Shown: positions 37,039-47,612, numbered from the stretch's first letter. The stretch is DNA of 64,000 nt from an uncultured Desulfarculus sp. (GCA_963665125.2 CAXXUK010000001.1:928001-992000); one strand, 5' to 3'. Numbers and translations are program-made. Notes: generated from the letters alone by a model not told the origin.

Positions 37039-37868
37039 TTTGCGGCCTCCGCTGTTTGCCACTGGGGCGGCAGGAGCTTGGCGTGCAGGGTGGAATCGAG
37101 ATTGCCGCGGGCCTTTTGGACGGAGTTTTCGCTTATATCCGCGATCGCCACGCCCGGTCCGGCCGGACAGCGGGCCAGGATGCGTCCCCAGGGGTCGATG
37201 ATCATGGCCTGGCCAAAGCTTTCCCTGTTGCCGCCGTGAAGGCCCCACTGTGCCGCGGCCAACATGAAACAGGCGTTTTCCACGGCCCTGGTTCGGACCA
37301 GCAATTCCCAGTGGGCCTGGCCGGTGACCCGGGTAAAGGCGCTGGGAGCGGTGAGGATTTCCGCTCCGGCCAGGCGCAGGCGGCGGTACAACTCGGCGAA
37401 GCGCAAGTCATAGCAGATGCTCAGGCCGATCAGGCCCAAGGGCGTTTGTACCAGCCCAAGCTCCCGCCCCGGTTCCACGAATTTCGACTCCATCAACGAC
37501 GGCCGCTCGGGCAGATTCAGGTCGAAAAGATGAATCTTGCGGTACACGGCGGCAAGCGCGCCGTCGGGGTTCAACACCGGGCAGGTGTTGTGCACCTTGC
37601 CCGGAACAGCGCTCTTTTCGGCAAACGACCCGCCCACAATCCACAGACCCAGTTTTTGGGCCAATCCCCCCAAAAAGGCCACCGTGGGGCCGTCGAGGCC
37701 CTCGGGCTCGGCCGGGGCCAGACCCTCGGCCTGCATATAGGCGAAATGCTCGGGAAGCACCGCCAGCTTGGCGCCAGCCTCGGCGGTACCGTGGACAAGC
37801 TCGGAGGCCTGGTTTAGGTTGGCCCTGCGGTCCTGGTTCGAGTTCATCTGAATGACAGCGGCTTTCAT
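37035..37868 (-). CDS. Carbon-nitrogen hydrolase (Nit1-like)
   Basis: VLPE, YRKIHLFD, ICYDLRF and RAVEN motifs. Confidence 0.92.
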   Translation of the reverse strand: MKAAVIQMNSNQDRRANLNQASELVHGTAEAGAKLAVLPEHFAYMQAEGLAPAEPEGLDGPTVAFLGGLAQKLGLWIVGGSFAEKSAVPGKVHNTCPVLNPDGALAAVYRKIHLFDLNLPERPSLMESKFVEPGRELGLVQTPLGLIGLSICYDLRFAELYRRLRLAGAEILTAPSAFTRVTGQAHWELLVRTRAVENACFMLAAAQWGLHGGNRESFGQAMIIDPWGRILARCPAGPGVAIADISENSVQKARGNLDSTLHAKLLPPQWQTAEAAK

Positions 37869-38006
37869 TGACGCTCCGCGTTAAGTGCGTATTAGAGGCA
37901 GTATATTAGCCATTGCCGTGCCGAAAAAGCCCGAAGCTTGCATTATTGCTCTGGCAAGGCCCTTATGATAGCATGTGCCTGCCGGATTGGGGGCGAAAGG
38001 GGCCTT

Positions 38007-38831
38007 ATGAAAAGCACTGCCAATACCGACATCGACAGCCTGATCAAGCAAGCCAAGCTTAACGAGCAGATATTGCAGCGCTTGGACAAGGTGGAGGAGT
38101 TTCTTCTCCGCCCAATGCCTCTCGATGATTTCCTTACCGGGATATGCGAAAAAATCGCCGATATATACAACCTGGAAGCCGTGTCGCTGGCCTTGTCGCC
38201 CGAGCATGAAGGATTGGTCAGGGCCCTGGAAGGACGCCGCCCGCCGACTGGTTGTTTCATGTGCCCCCGTAATGAACTCCGTCTGTTGGTCGCCGACCTG
38301 GAAAGACCTTTGTTGACCAACCGGGTCAGCGCGGATGCCCTGGACTTTTTGTTTGGCCGCAACATCGGCCTGGCGTCCATCGCGGTTTTGCCGCTGTGGG
38401 CCAGGGGCATGTGGCTGGGTTCGCTGAATATGGGCTCGGCCCAGGACAGCCGTTATCACAAGGGCCTGGAGACCCATTTCATCGACAAACTCGCGCGCAA
38501 GATAAGCGTGAGCCTGGAGTCGGCCCTGGTGCATGAGCAAAACCGGCTCATGGAGCGGCGCGAGGCCGTTATGGAAATGGCCGGGGCGGCCTGTCACGAA
38601 CTGGCCCAGCCCTTGACCTCGTTGATAATCAAGATGGAGACAATGCTGCGCGAGCTGCCGACGGGCGATCCGCTACGCGGCCAGATGGAGGACCTGCGCG
38701 ACGAAATGGAGCGCGTTGGACAGATGGTCCAGAACATCAGCGAAGTAAAGGAATACGTAACTCGGCCTTACGCCCAGGGTATGAAAATCATTGATTTACA
38801 GGCCGCCACGGCGGCGGCTGACGAGGGCTGA
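38007..38831 (+). CDS. DUF484/GAF domain + HisKA-like helix, no ATPase domain
   Basis: SIAVLPL...GSLNMGS...RY GAF pattern, then ACHELAQPLT and YVTRPY tail. Confidence 0.7.
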   Translation: MKSTANTDIDSLIKQAKLNEQILQRLDKVEEFLLRPMPLDDFLTGICEKIADIYNLEAVSLALSPEHEGLVRALEGRRPPTGCFMCPRNELRLLVADLERPLLTNRVSADALDFLFGRNIGLASIAVLPLWARGMWLGSLNMGSAQDSRYHKGLETHFIDKLARKISVSLESALVHEQNRLMERREAVMEMAGAACHELAQPLTSLIIKMETMLRELPTGDPLRGQMEDLRDEMERVGQMVQNISEVKEYVTRPYAQGMKIIDLQAATAAADEG

Positions 38832-38855
38832 GCAACCCAGCGACGGAGGACGGTA

Positions 38856-39278
38856 ATGAGCGACGAACACTGTGTTTTCTGTGACATTGTCGAGAGGAAA
38901 ATCCCGGCTTATGTCATTTATGAAGATGAGCGAACCATGGCCTTCGCCGACATCAACCCAGCCACTCCGGGTCATACGCTGGTTATCGTCAAGCAACACC
39001 ACGAAACCGTGTACAGCCTGACCCCCGGTGACGTGGCGGCGGTCAACCAGACAGTGCTCAAGGTGGCCAAGGCCATAAAAACCACGCTCAAGCCCGAGGG
39101 CATCATGATCGCCCAGCTCAACGGCCTGGCGGCCGGGCAGGTGATCATGCACTACCATGTGCATCTGATTCCCCGCAACAGCGGCGATGGGCTTGATGAA
39201 AAATTGACCTGGGAGATGAAGCCCGGGGACATGGGCCAGATCGAAAAGACCGCAGCGAAGATCGCCGAAGTGCTCTAG
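38856..39278 (+). CDS. HIT family nucleotide hydrolase
   Basis: CVFC, AFADINP, GHTLV and HYHVHLIPR motifs. Confidence 0.95.
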   Translation: MSDEHCVFCDIVERKIPAYVIYEDERTMAFADINPATPGHTLVIVKQHHETVYSLTPGDVAAVNQTVLKVAKAIKTTLKPEGIMIAQLNGLAAGQVIMHYHVHLIPRNSGDGLDEKLTWEMKPGDMGQIEKTAAKIAEVL

Positions 39279-39364
39279 GCGCACGCAATAAACACAACAA
39301 TCAAATCAATGACAAGGCCCGGCATCAGCGAATCAAATGGTGCCGGGCCTTTCGCATACCGGGA

Positions 39365-40384
39365 TTATGGCAGGGGATAGCCGTATTGGGCCAAGGGCAG
39401 GCTTCGTTCCTCAACAAGCTTGGCATTGCCCTCCCTGAACGGGTCGGCCAGGCGCCTTCGCAGTTCTTTGCCGGGATATGAGACCAGAATCGGTTCTTGT
39501 TCGCGCGTATACCGCAGCACCTGGAAGACGTATTTGTCCAGGGCATGTTGCAGGCGCGGCCTCCGGCTGTAATGCGCGTGCCTGAGCCGCCAGATCCTTT
39601 CGCTTTTAAGCATGCCGGCAACCAGGCTGTCGCCCAGACGGCGGATGTCCGTGCGCGGCTCGGTATAGTAGCCGTCCTTGGCGCTGGCCGTTTTGTTGTC
39701 GTGAAAGTTGCTTAATTTGTCACGGACGTATTCGTCGGGCACCGCCAAGGCCAGGGCCAGATCGTGGATGGCCTTTTCTCCGCCGGAAAACAGATCCTCA
39801 AACACGATAGCCGTCACGTTTTCATTGCCGAAAAGTTGCGTCAAGTGCGCCAGGCGCGCCTGGTAGTCGTACATGGGCAGGATGCAGTCATGGGGCCGGC
39901 TCAATTGATATTCGGCAAATTTTGCAAAGGTGTTTTGGTGGGGGTATTTGACATACTCGTAATTGGCCTGGACGTAATGGGACAAAAGGGCCTTGGGCTG
40001 GTTTCTGATAATCACCAGAATATGCGCGTCATAACCCTCGAGCAATTTATGGAGCCGCTTGGCGCTGAGAGCCGCGTTGCGGTCAAAGGACAGCACGTGT
40101 TGGGTTTGGCACAGACATTCATCCGAGAGTATGGCCGGCAGGCCGGGTTTGGCTGCAAAGCCCTCCTGGAGTCTTTGGCGCAACCTGTCCAGGCTTCCGG
40201 AAAAATCAGTGGCCATACTGATCAGGGCCGAGGAAATGTCGGTATATGGATAATAATCCCGGGCGCTCCCCAAGAAATTGCGCTTGCCCTCCTTATCCAA
40301 TGACAGGAAAAGACCGCCTTGCAGCGTGGATGATCCGGCCTTGGGATAACCAATGTGAACCAATAATTGGGGGGGCGATGTCAT
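39365..40384 (-). CDS. Sulfotransferase-like protein
   Basis: 5'-PSB HIGYPKAGSSTLQ, LSDE and 3'-PB IIRNQ...S.Y motifs. Confidence 0.75.
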   Translation of the reverse strand: MTSPPQLLVHIGYPKAGSSTLQGGLFLSLDKEGKRNFLGSARDYYPYTDISSALISMATDFSGSLDRLRQRLQEGFAAKPGLPAILSDECLCQTQHVLSFDRNAALSAKRLHKLLEGYDAHILVIIRNQPKALLSHYVQANYEYVKYPHQNTFAKFAEYQLSRPHDCILPMYDYQARLAHLTQLFGNENVTAIVFEDLFSGGEKAIHDLALALAVPDEYVRDKLSNFHDNKTASAKDGYYTEPRTDIRRLGDSLVAGMLKSERIWRLRHAHYSRRPRLQHALDKYVFQVLRYTREQEPILVSYPGKELRRRLADPFREGNAKLVEERSLPLAQYGYPLP

Positions 40385-40756
40385 GTTCTGTGATCCTGAT
40401 TGCCGACGCCGTTTGGAAAGGCAAGGCGTATTAGGCGATGGAGACGAAGTGCTTACCAACCGGTATTATGCGGCAGCTGCTATGACTCCTTGGTTGTTGG
40501 TGAATTGGCGGCTTGGTGGAAAAAGTGACGTCCCCGGCCGCTATTTTTTATTTATTCACTTGTGAATGTTAATTAAACAAATCGTAAAAGGTAATCCACC
40601 TGTTTTCAGTGCGGCATAGTAAACCACTATAATATTCCAGTCAATCTCCCGGGGAATGTTCGGAATGCCGCCGGTTCCGGTGAATCACCAACATGCGGTT
40701 GAAAAAGGCCGGGGGAATCCCGGCCCTTCTACTGGTCATGCTCGTAATTTCGGCAA

Positions 40757-41200
40757 TCAGTCTTTTTTTATCTCCTCGCTGGCCTTGGCCAGGGTTTCGC
40801 TGAGATCGGCAAGGGCTTCGGCAAGTTCTTGTTTGGCCTGTTTGTAGGTGTCTTCGCCGGCATCCTGCAGGGCCTTGAGCTTTTCGGAGGCCACGGCCTG
40901 CTTTTGTTGCAGTTCGATGATCACCTGCCGGGCTTGTTGGTGTCCCTCCCTGGCCTTTTCCTTGGCCTGGTCCATGAATTCATCAACCTGGCCCTGCATC
41001 TGTTTATACTGCTCGTCGAACTTGGCCATGATCTCTTCATGTTGCTGCTTGGTGTATTTGATGGCCGTGTCCACCGCTTCGGAGGCCTGCTTTTTTACGT
41101 CTTCCAGGGTGACTTTGTCTTCATCGCCGCCATTGCAGCCGCTGACAACGAGAATCGCCAACAGACCCAGGCACAGGATAAATATCAGGCGTATTTTCAT
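40757..41200 (-). CDS. Helical lipoprotein, unknown function
   Basis: Lipobox VSGC, coiled-coil body and GGAG SD. Confidence 0.75.
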   Translation of the reverse strand: MKIRLIFILCLGLLAILVVSGCNGGDEDKVTLEDVKKQASEAVDTAIKYTKQQHEEIMAKFDEQYKQMQGQVDEFMDQAKEKAREGHQQARQVIIELQQKQAVASEKLKALQDAGEDTYKQAKQELAEALADLSETLAKASEEIKKD

Positions 41201-41352
41201 GTCCGGTCATCTCCCCTTTGGTTTGGTCAAAAGACTCGCTCGGGTGAATTGTCTCTAATAATGACAGCACATACCGTTGGATGGTAACTTTTCGGTAATA
41301 AAAAACCGGCGCCGTGCGGCGCCGGTGATTGTTAAGCCATATTAACGACCGG

Positions 41353-42006
41353 TTACGGCATTTCCAGGATATAGCTGTACATCAGCATGAAGTGACAGAA
41401 GCTGCCGGCCAATACGAAGAGATGGAATATCTCGTGATGGCCGAAGACCTTGGGCCAGGGATCGGGCTTCTTGATGCCGTAGATCACCGCGCCGATGGTG
41501 TAGAACACGCCGCCGCCGGCCAGCCACAGCAGCCCGCCCAGGGGCATGCGCTGAACCAGCGGATACACGGCCACGACGACCACCCAGCCCATGCCCACAT
41601 AAAAGGTGGTGGAAATCCAGCGGGGGGCTTCCAGCCAGAAAATCTTGAAGGCTATGCCCAAGACGGCCAGTCCCCAGACCACGCCGAACAGGCTCCAGCC
41701 CCAGCCGCCCCGCAGAGCCACCAGACAACATGGCGTATAGGTTCCTGCGATCAGCACATAGATCATGGCATGGTCGATGGTGCGAAATATCCGCGTGCCT
41801 TTTTCCGAAAGCGGAAGAAGATGATACAGCGAACTGGCGGTGTAGAGCAAAATCATTGATGAGCCGTAAATCGAAAACGAAACCACATGCCAAGCCGTGG
41901 CGTTGATAGCCGATAGCGTCACCAGAAGGGTGAGCGCGGCTACGGAAAATAACGCTCCGACCAAGTGTGTAAAGCCGTTGACCGGCTCTTTGATACTCAG
42001 GACCAT
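41353..42006 (-). CDS. Hemolysin III / PAQR family membrane protein
   Basis: EPVNGFTH, SSLYH, DHAMIY...GTYTP and HEIFHLFV motifs. Confidence 0.93.
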   Translation of the reverse strand: MVLSIKEPVNGFTHLVGALFSVAALTLLVTLSAINATAWHVVSFSIYGSSMILLYTASSLYHLLPLSEKGTRIFRTIDHAMIYVLIAGTYTPCCLVALRGGWGWSLFGVVWGLAVLGIAFKIFWLEAPRWISTTFYVGMGWVVVVAVYPLVQRMPLGGLLWLAGGGVFYTIGAVIYGIKKPDPWPKVFGHHEIFHLFVLAGSFCHFMLMYSYILEMP

Positions 42007-42392
42007 TTAACAGCACCTCTCAATCGAGTAAATCATACAACATTAGGCTCATCATATAATAAAACAGTAACTATCCGATTCGTCAAACCGGAACCGCGTT
42101 CAGCGGGAAAATGACACGTTTACAGGCGCCTATAATAACATTAATAATTCTGAATGAAGCTTCATTTTTCCTTGACAAAACTGGCACAAACGTAGAAATT
42201 TTGAAAGTTCGTAAAAAAGCGGAATGTGCACTCGGCGTTTGCCGGTTCGCGGCAAACGATTGCGCCGGGACGCCCATTTCATGCTTTTTGAAGGGTTAAG
42301 GAAGTAAAACCGCCTGGAGGCGGAGCAGCTCGCCGGCTGATTGCTCATCCGGCTGCATATTACCTACAGGCCCACAGAAAGGGGTGAGTTTA

Positions 42393-44213
42393 ATGGGACT
42401 CAATTTCTTCAACCGTGACGATCGCGACATGAGGTTTGTCCTGCTCGACTGGCTGGATATGGACAAGATTCTCAGCTACGAGAAGTTTGCTGATTTTGAG
42501 CTGGACGACTTCAGCATGATGCTGGACGAGGCCTTCAAAATTTCCCGCGATCTCATCGGCCCGACCTTTAAGGACGGCGACGAAATCGGCGCACAGTACA
42601 ATGATGGCGTGGTCACCACGCCTGATTCATTCAAGCCCGCCTTCGAGGCCATGGCCGAAAACGGCTGGATCGGCATTGCCAGTGAGCCCGAGTACGGCGG
42701 ACAGGGCATGCCCGCAACGGTCGCCGGCGTGATCAACGAATTCTTCAACTCCGCCCACTTTGCCTTCATGACCTATGTAGGCCTGTCGGTTTCCAACTCC
42801 GGTGTTATCTGCAACTACGGCACCGAAAAAGACAAAGAGATGTTTGTGGAGCCCATGTTGACCGGTCAGTTCGGCGGCACCATGTGCCTCACCGAGCCTG
42901 ACGCCGGTTCCGACGTCGGCGAGATCCTGACCAAGGCCAAACCCGACCCGAACAGCGACGATCCCCGCGTCTACCTGATCGAGGGCGTCAAACGCTTCAT
43001 CACCTGCGGTCGACACGACCTGGTGGATGTCATCGTGCACCTGGTCCTGGCCAAGATCGACGGCGGCCCGGCCGGCACCAAGGGCATCAGCCTGTTCATC
43101 GTTCCCACCAAGTGGGTCAATGAAGACGGTTCCATCGGCGAAGACAACGACGTCTTCTGCACCGGCATCGAGCACAAGATGGGCATCCACGGCTCGGCCA
43201 CCTGCTCCATGAGCTTCGGCGAAAACGGCAAGTGCCGCGGTATCCTGCTGGGCGAGCCCCACAGCGGTATGGCCAAGATGTTCCAGATGATGAACGAAGC
43301 CCGCATCGGTTGCGGTGTCCAGGCCAACGCCGCCGCGGCCGCAGCCTACGACAGCGCCCTGCAATACGCCAAAGAGCGCGTCCAGGGCCCGCCCTTTGTC
43401 GATCGCAAGCAGCCCCCCGTGGAGATCATCAACCACGAAGACGTCCGCCGCATGCTGATGAACCTCAAGGCCGGCACCGAAGCAGGCCGCGCCCTGATCG
43501 CCTACAACTTCTGGATGGTCGACGTGGCCGAAAACGACCCGGACGAGGAAGTTCGCAAGGCCTATGGCATGCGCTCCGAGCTGATGACTCCTCTGGTGAA
43601 GTCCTACATCACCGACATGGGCGCCCAGCTTTGCCGCGACGCCATGCAGGTTTTGGGCGGCGTCGGCTACTGCGCCGAGTTCCCCATTGAGCAGCACTAC
43701 CGCGACATCAAGATCCTGAGCATCTGGGAAGGCACCAACTTCATCCAGAGCCTGGACCTGGTCGGCCGCAAGCTGGCTATGGACGGCGGCAAGGTCTACC
43801 AGAACTTCATCAAGGAGATCATGGACTTCTGCGGCAACCTGAAGGAAGACGATGACTTCGGCGCTTCCTCCAAGATGCTGTTCAAGGCCATCCAGGCCAC
43901 GGCCGACATCTCCATGAAGTACATGAACTACTTCGGTGAAGGCAAAATGCAGCTCATTCCGCTGAGCAGCACCCGCTTCCTGGACTGCCTGGCCGAGTGC
44001 ACCATGGGCTACCTGATGCTGCAGCAGGGCGTCAAGGCCCGTGAGAAGCTGGCCTCCCTCAAGGAAGGCAGCGCCGAGCATACATTCCTGACCGGCAAGC
44101 TTCAGACCGTCAACTATTTCTGCAAGAACTTCCTGCCCAACGTGTTCGCGCGTCACACCGCGATCAGCCAGGAAGACACCTCCGCCATCGATATCGCGCT
44201 GGAAGCTTTCTAA
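42393..44213 (+). CDS. Acyl-CoA dehydrogenase
   Basis: MCLTEPDAGSD, EHKMGIHGSAT, MMNEAR, QVLGGVGY and IWEGTN motifs. Strongly biased codon usage. Confidence 0.95.
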   Translation: MGLNFFNRDDRDMRFVLLDWLDMDKILSYEKFADFELDDFSMMLDEAFKISRDLIGPTFKDGDEIGAQYNDGVVTTPDSFKPAFEAMAENGWIGIASEPEYGGQGMPATVAGVINEFFNSAHFAFMTYVGLSVSNSGVICNYGTEKDKEMFVEPMLTGQFGGTMCLTEPDAGSDVGEILTKAKPDPNSDDPRVYLIEGVKRFITCGRHDLVDVIVHLVLAKIDGGPAGTKGISLFIVPTKWVNEDGSIGEDNDVFCTGIEHKMGIHGSATCSMSFGENGKCRGILLGEPHSGMAKMFQMMNEARIGCGVQANAAAAAAYDSALQYAKERVQGPPFVDRKQPPVEIINHEDVRRMLMNLKAGTEAGRALIAYNFWMVDVAENDPDEEVRKAYGMRSELMTPLVKSYITDMGAQLCRDAMQVLGGVGYCAEFPIEQHYRDIKILSIWEGTNFIQSLDLVGRKLAMDGGKVYQNFIKEIMDFCGNLKEDDDFGASSKMLFKAIQATADISMKYMNYFGEGKMQLIPLSSTRFLDCLAECTMGYLMLQQGVKAREKLASLKEGSAEHTFLTGKLQTVNYFCKNFLPNVFARHTAISQEDTSAIDIALEAF

Positions 44214-44238
44214 GCCAACCGGACATAAAGAGGCAATT

Positions 44239-44279
44239 ACCGCCCGGACTCCCGCTTGGGGGCCCGGGCGGTCCTTTTT
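44239..44279 (+). terminator. Intrinsic terminator
   Basis: ACCGCCCGG...CCGGGCGGT followed by a T-run. Confidence 0.6.
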
Positions 44280-44399
44280 GGGGGGGCTTTGGCGCACCGC
44301 CTCACTGGATGGCCCCTTACATTCGGTCCATGATTGACCCGGGCGGTGCCGCAGTTACGTCGGCCCGCGAATGTCAACATCACGTAAAGGGGGGAAATC

Positions 44400-44891
44400 A
44401 TGAAGTTGCTTGCCAATTTGTTGATCATATTGCTCGTCCTGCCGGTTTTGACCGGCTGCGCCACCATGGAGGAAAAAAAGGCCTACTACGACGCCAACGT
44501 GCAAATGGCCAAGTTGCAAAAGCCCTTGTTGTTGATCAGAGCAAAGCAAGGCCAGCACATCGAACTCAAGGGAGTTGAAGAACTGGCCGTATACGCGCCC
44601 GGTGAAAAGGGCGTGGCCCAGTACCGTGATGAAGCTATCGCCGCGGCCCGGGACGCGGCCGGGGTCATCGGGGCAATCGCCGGCATCTATGTGGGCGGCG
44701 AGGCTGCCGTTCGCCTGGTGGACGCCGCGGGCAAGGCCGCCGGGACCCACATCAGCGGTAGCTTCAACGGCGGTTCGGGCCAAAGCAGCGTGAATTGGGC
44801 TCCGGGCAACAGCACCGGCGACACCAGCATAAGCACGCCCAGCGACAGCCACGACGACAACAGCGACAACCACGATGAAATAGTGGAATAA
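44400..44891 (+). CDS. Putative lipoprotein with Gly/Ser/Asp-rich tail
   Basis: Lipobox LTGC. Confidence 0.7.
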   Translation: MKLLANLLIILLVLPVLTGCATMEEKKAYYDANVQMAKLQKPLLLIRAKQGQHIELKGVEELAVYAPGEKGVAQYRDEAIAAARDAAGVIGAIAGIYVGGEAAVRLVDAAGKAAGTHISGSFNGGSGQSSVNWAPGNSTGDTSISTPSDSHDDNSDNHDEIVE

Positions 44892-44986
44892 GTTCGCGGA
44901 TAAAATTCAAGAAAGCTAAAGCCAGTGCCGATGAAACTTATATGGGCGGATTCATTCCGTAGCCGAGCGGGAAAGGCAGTGGCGAT

Positions 44987-45250
44987 ATGAACAGTATATC
45001 AGGCAGTTTCACCAGCCTGAGCCAGCAAGAGATTCAGACCCTGGCCAAGGAACTGACAGCGGAGGCCACCAAGGCCACTGAAATGATCCAGGCCTTTGAC
45101 AAGGCCAATGATATTATTCAGAATCCCAAAAAAAACGGCATGACCCTGCAGGAGTCCATGAAGGCCACCTATGACTTCAACGTCAAGGTCCTCAACAGGG
45201 ATATGATGAATCGCATGGGCAAGGCCCTGCACATAGACACAGAAGTTTAA
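44987..45250 (+). CDS. Small hypothetical protein (YjfB-like?)
   Basis: 87 aa ending GKALHIDTEV; sigma28-like site upstream. Confidence 0.55.
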   Translation: MNSISGSFTSLSQQEIQTLAKELTAEATKATEMIQAFDKANDIIQNPKKNGMTLQESMKATYDFNVKVLNRDMMNRMGKALHIDTEV

Positions 45251-45320
45251 CAGTACGATCAGACTCAACGCAAACGGCCGGGCATAGCGCCCGGCCGCTG
45301 ATTTTTGGTGCTGTGGTTAT

Positions 45321-46103
45321 TTACCAGGCGCGCACGCCCGGGGCTGGTCCGTCCGCAGGCGGTCCGGCAAAGCACTGGGCCACTTCCATCCATTTGCGGG
45401 CCGCGTCTCCCTGAACGGCTAGGCCTGTGTCATCGACGTGCCTGCGCTGGGTGACGACCAGGCAGAAGTCCTGGGCATCGCCTTTGATGCTCTCCGCGCC
45501 GTCTTCAGGGCCCCAGGACCAAAGCTGACCGCCGGGCCCTTCGAGTTCCACGCGGATTTGCGCTTCGGGTTTTTGCTGGCCGTGTACGGCAAAGCTCCAG
45601 CCGTATGTGGTCACGCCCAGGTGGGCGATGTGCTGCAAGCGGTCGGTGGGCTCGCGCCGGATTTTCAGGGCGTCGTAAATGTCCTGGCCATGGGCCCAGG
45701 TCTCCATGAGACGGGCGGTGGTAAAGGATCGGGCGCTCATGGGCGGGCCGTACCAGGGCAGGCGGTCCTTGGGGCCAAGTGGCTCAAGGGCGGCCAACAG
45801 CGCGTTGCGTTCATCGCGCCAATAGGCCAACAGCTCGCTATTGCCCTTGTTGTTGACCTTGCCGAACATTTCATCCCAATTGTCGAGATTAGCAAGTAAC
45901 TCCTCAACGTGTTTGCCAAAGGCCTCGGCATCAGTGGCGGCAAGGCGCCCGGTGCCGTCGAAGTAGGCGATGTGGGCAATCTCGTAATGAACATCCCAGT
46001 GTAAAAACGGCACCTTCAAGGACCAACCGGCATCGTCCAGGCCTGTAACCACCGCATCCAGTGAGTCGTATTCAGCTCTCAGGTCCGCGCATATTTGTTT
46101 CAT
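45321..46103 (-). CDS. TIGR03084-type metal-binding (MDMPI/DinB superfamily) protein
   Basis: IAHIAYFD, PWYGPPMS, RLMETWAHGQD, VTQRRH and AQCFAGPP motifs. Confidence 0.85.
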   Translation of the reverse strand: MKQICADLRAEYDSLDAVVTGLDDAGWSLKVPFLHWDVHYEIAHIAYFDGTGRLAATDAEAFGKHVEELLANLDNWDEMFGKVNNKGNSELLAYWRDERNALLAALEPLGPKDRLPWYGPPMSARSFTTARLMETWAHGQDIYDALKIRREPTDRLQHIAHLGVTTYGWSFAVHGQQKPEAQIRVELEGPGGQLWSWGPEDGAESIKGDAQDFCLVVTQRRHVDDTGLAVQGDAARKWMEVAQCFAGPPADGPAPGVRAW

Positions 46104-46208
46104 CGTGCACCCCTTTGAAAAGTAATCGTGTTGCGGCCCATGAATTGTAAACAATGTATATGAAGCAATACAAGGTTTACTCGACGATGGGGTGAGTGTT
46201 TTTTTGCC

Positions 46209-46568
46209 TTACGGTTGATAGGTCCAATCCGGCTGCACACCGCCAAGACATGAACCAGTAGACAGGTCATAGACGCATTTCTTGGTTGCCTTGCCGTCGG
46301 GCGATACAAGCATGGCCGCCTGGTTTTCCCGGCTGGGATAGTTTTCGCCAATGCCGTGGGTATAACTGATGGTTACCTGCTTCCAGCCGTCCTGGCTGTC
46401 TGCCACGGAGACGACATCAAGGTTGAAGAGTTGCCCCTGTTGGCTCTTGATCCAGAATTGATCAAATAAATCAAGGTATTGTTCGTTTTCGCCGCCGCCA
46501 GTTCCGCAGGAGCAAAGCGTGATGAGCGCAAGCGCCAACCCTAAAACCAAAAATCGTGAACGGATCAT
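46209..46568 (-). CDS. Putative lipoprotein
   Basis: MIRSRFLVLGLALALITLCSCG signal/lipobox. The longer upstream ORF overlaps another gene. Confidence 0.55.
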   Translation of the reverse strand: MIRSRFLVLGLALALITLCSCGTGGGENEQYLDLFDQFWIKSQQGQLFNLDVVSVADSQDGWKQVTISYTHGIGENYPSRENQAAMLVSPDGKATKKCVYDLSTGSCLGGVQPDWTYQP

Positions 46569-46727
46569 TTTTTCCACCTGGTGCTTTGGTTGATCTTTCA
46601 TCTGGATGATTATCCTAAAATAGCATTGTTTCGAAAAGGTTTTTTGACTCGATTGGCGCCGGTTTGTTTGTTGTTTGAAGGCCATGGTTGGTGGCATGAT
46701 AAACCATATTAACCAAAAGGAGCTGGT

Positions 46728-47450
46728 ATGAAAAAAGCGATTCTCATAATCGTGGCCCTGGTCATCGTGGTTATCGGCGGGGCTATCTGGTTTACTATCA
46801 GCAACCTCGACAGCATCGTCAAAGAAGTGATTGAAACCGCGGGAACCAAGACCGTGGGCACCAAGGTTGGGGTGGGCTCGGTAAGTATTTCGTTGAAGGA
46901 CGGCAAGGCCACTATCAAGCAGTTTACCGTGGCCAACCCGGCGGGGTTCTCTTCGGCGCCGGCCATCAGTTTCGGCGAGTTGACCATTGACATTGACTAC
47001 AAGACCGGGGCTGTCCAAAGGATATACACGGGCACACCGGCATTCGTCTTTGAACAAAAGGGCGCACAGAGCAATTTCGGTCAATTACAGAAAAATATCC
47101 AAACGGCAACCAAGAGCGAGCCAGCCGCAAAGGAAGAACCAAAGGAAACCGGCAGTCCGGAAGACACGATAATCCAGATTGACGATTTCACCATTGAAAA
47201 CGCCTCGCTCAAGGTCATCTCGGACCAGCTTCAGGAGCCAAAGGAGATGACGCTTAAGCGACTGAGCGTCAGTAATCTCAAGGGTACGCCCGCCCAAGTG
47301 GCCAAGCAGGCCATGGGCCAGATCGTGGCCAAGATAATGGCCGAGGCAGCCCGCCAGACCGTGACCGGGGCAATCGAGGGCAAGGCCGGTGACGCCTTGG
47401 AAAAGGGCAGGGAAGAGGTTGGCGGATTATTAAAAAAGCTGGGCCAATAA
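46728..47450 (+). CDS. AsmA/DUF748-like membrane-anchored protein
   Basis: N-terminal TM helix, VANPAGF and SNFGQL motifs; AGGAG SD. Confidence 0.7.
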   Translation: MKKAILIIVALVIVVIGGAIWFTISNLDSIVKEVIETAGTKTVGTKVGVGSVSISLKDGKATIKQFTVANPAGFSSAPAISFGELTIDIDYKTGAVQRIYTGTPAFVFEQKGAQSNFGQLQKNIQTATKSEPAAKEEPKETGSPEDTIIQIDDFTIENASLKVISDQLQEPKEMTLKRLSVSNLKGTPAQVAKQAMGQIVAKIMAEAARQTVTGAIEGKAGDALEKGREEVGGLLKKLGQ

Positions 47451-47612
47451 AACAAACGCCAATAAATGGCAAAGGGTCGGCCGGTTGGCCGGCTCTTTGC
47501 TTTTTTAAGCAATCAATTAACATATTGATATATATAGCCGCTTTTTGGCATGCTTAATTAGTTGCCGTGTCAGAACAATACCGTAAATGTAATGAAAAGA
47601 GCGTAATTGCCG

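Noticed and set aside
40588..40602. Additional FadR boxes (here and near 42360)
   Set aside because: Only half-sites or wrong spacing relative to TCAGGTAATACCTGA.
41353..42006. Hemolysin III as a virulence toxin
   Set aside because: The PAQR family is a widespread membrane-homeostasis family, and the name is not evidence of toxicity.
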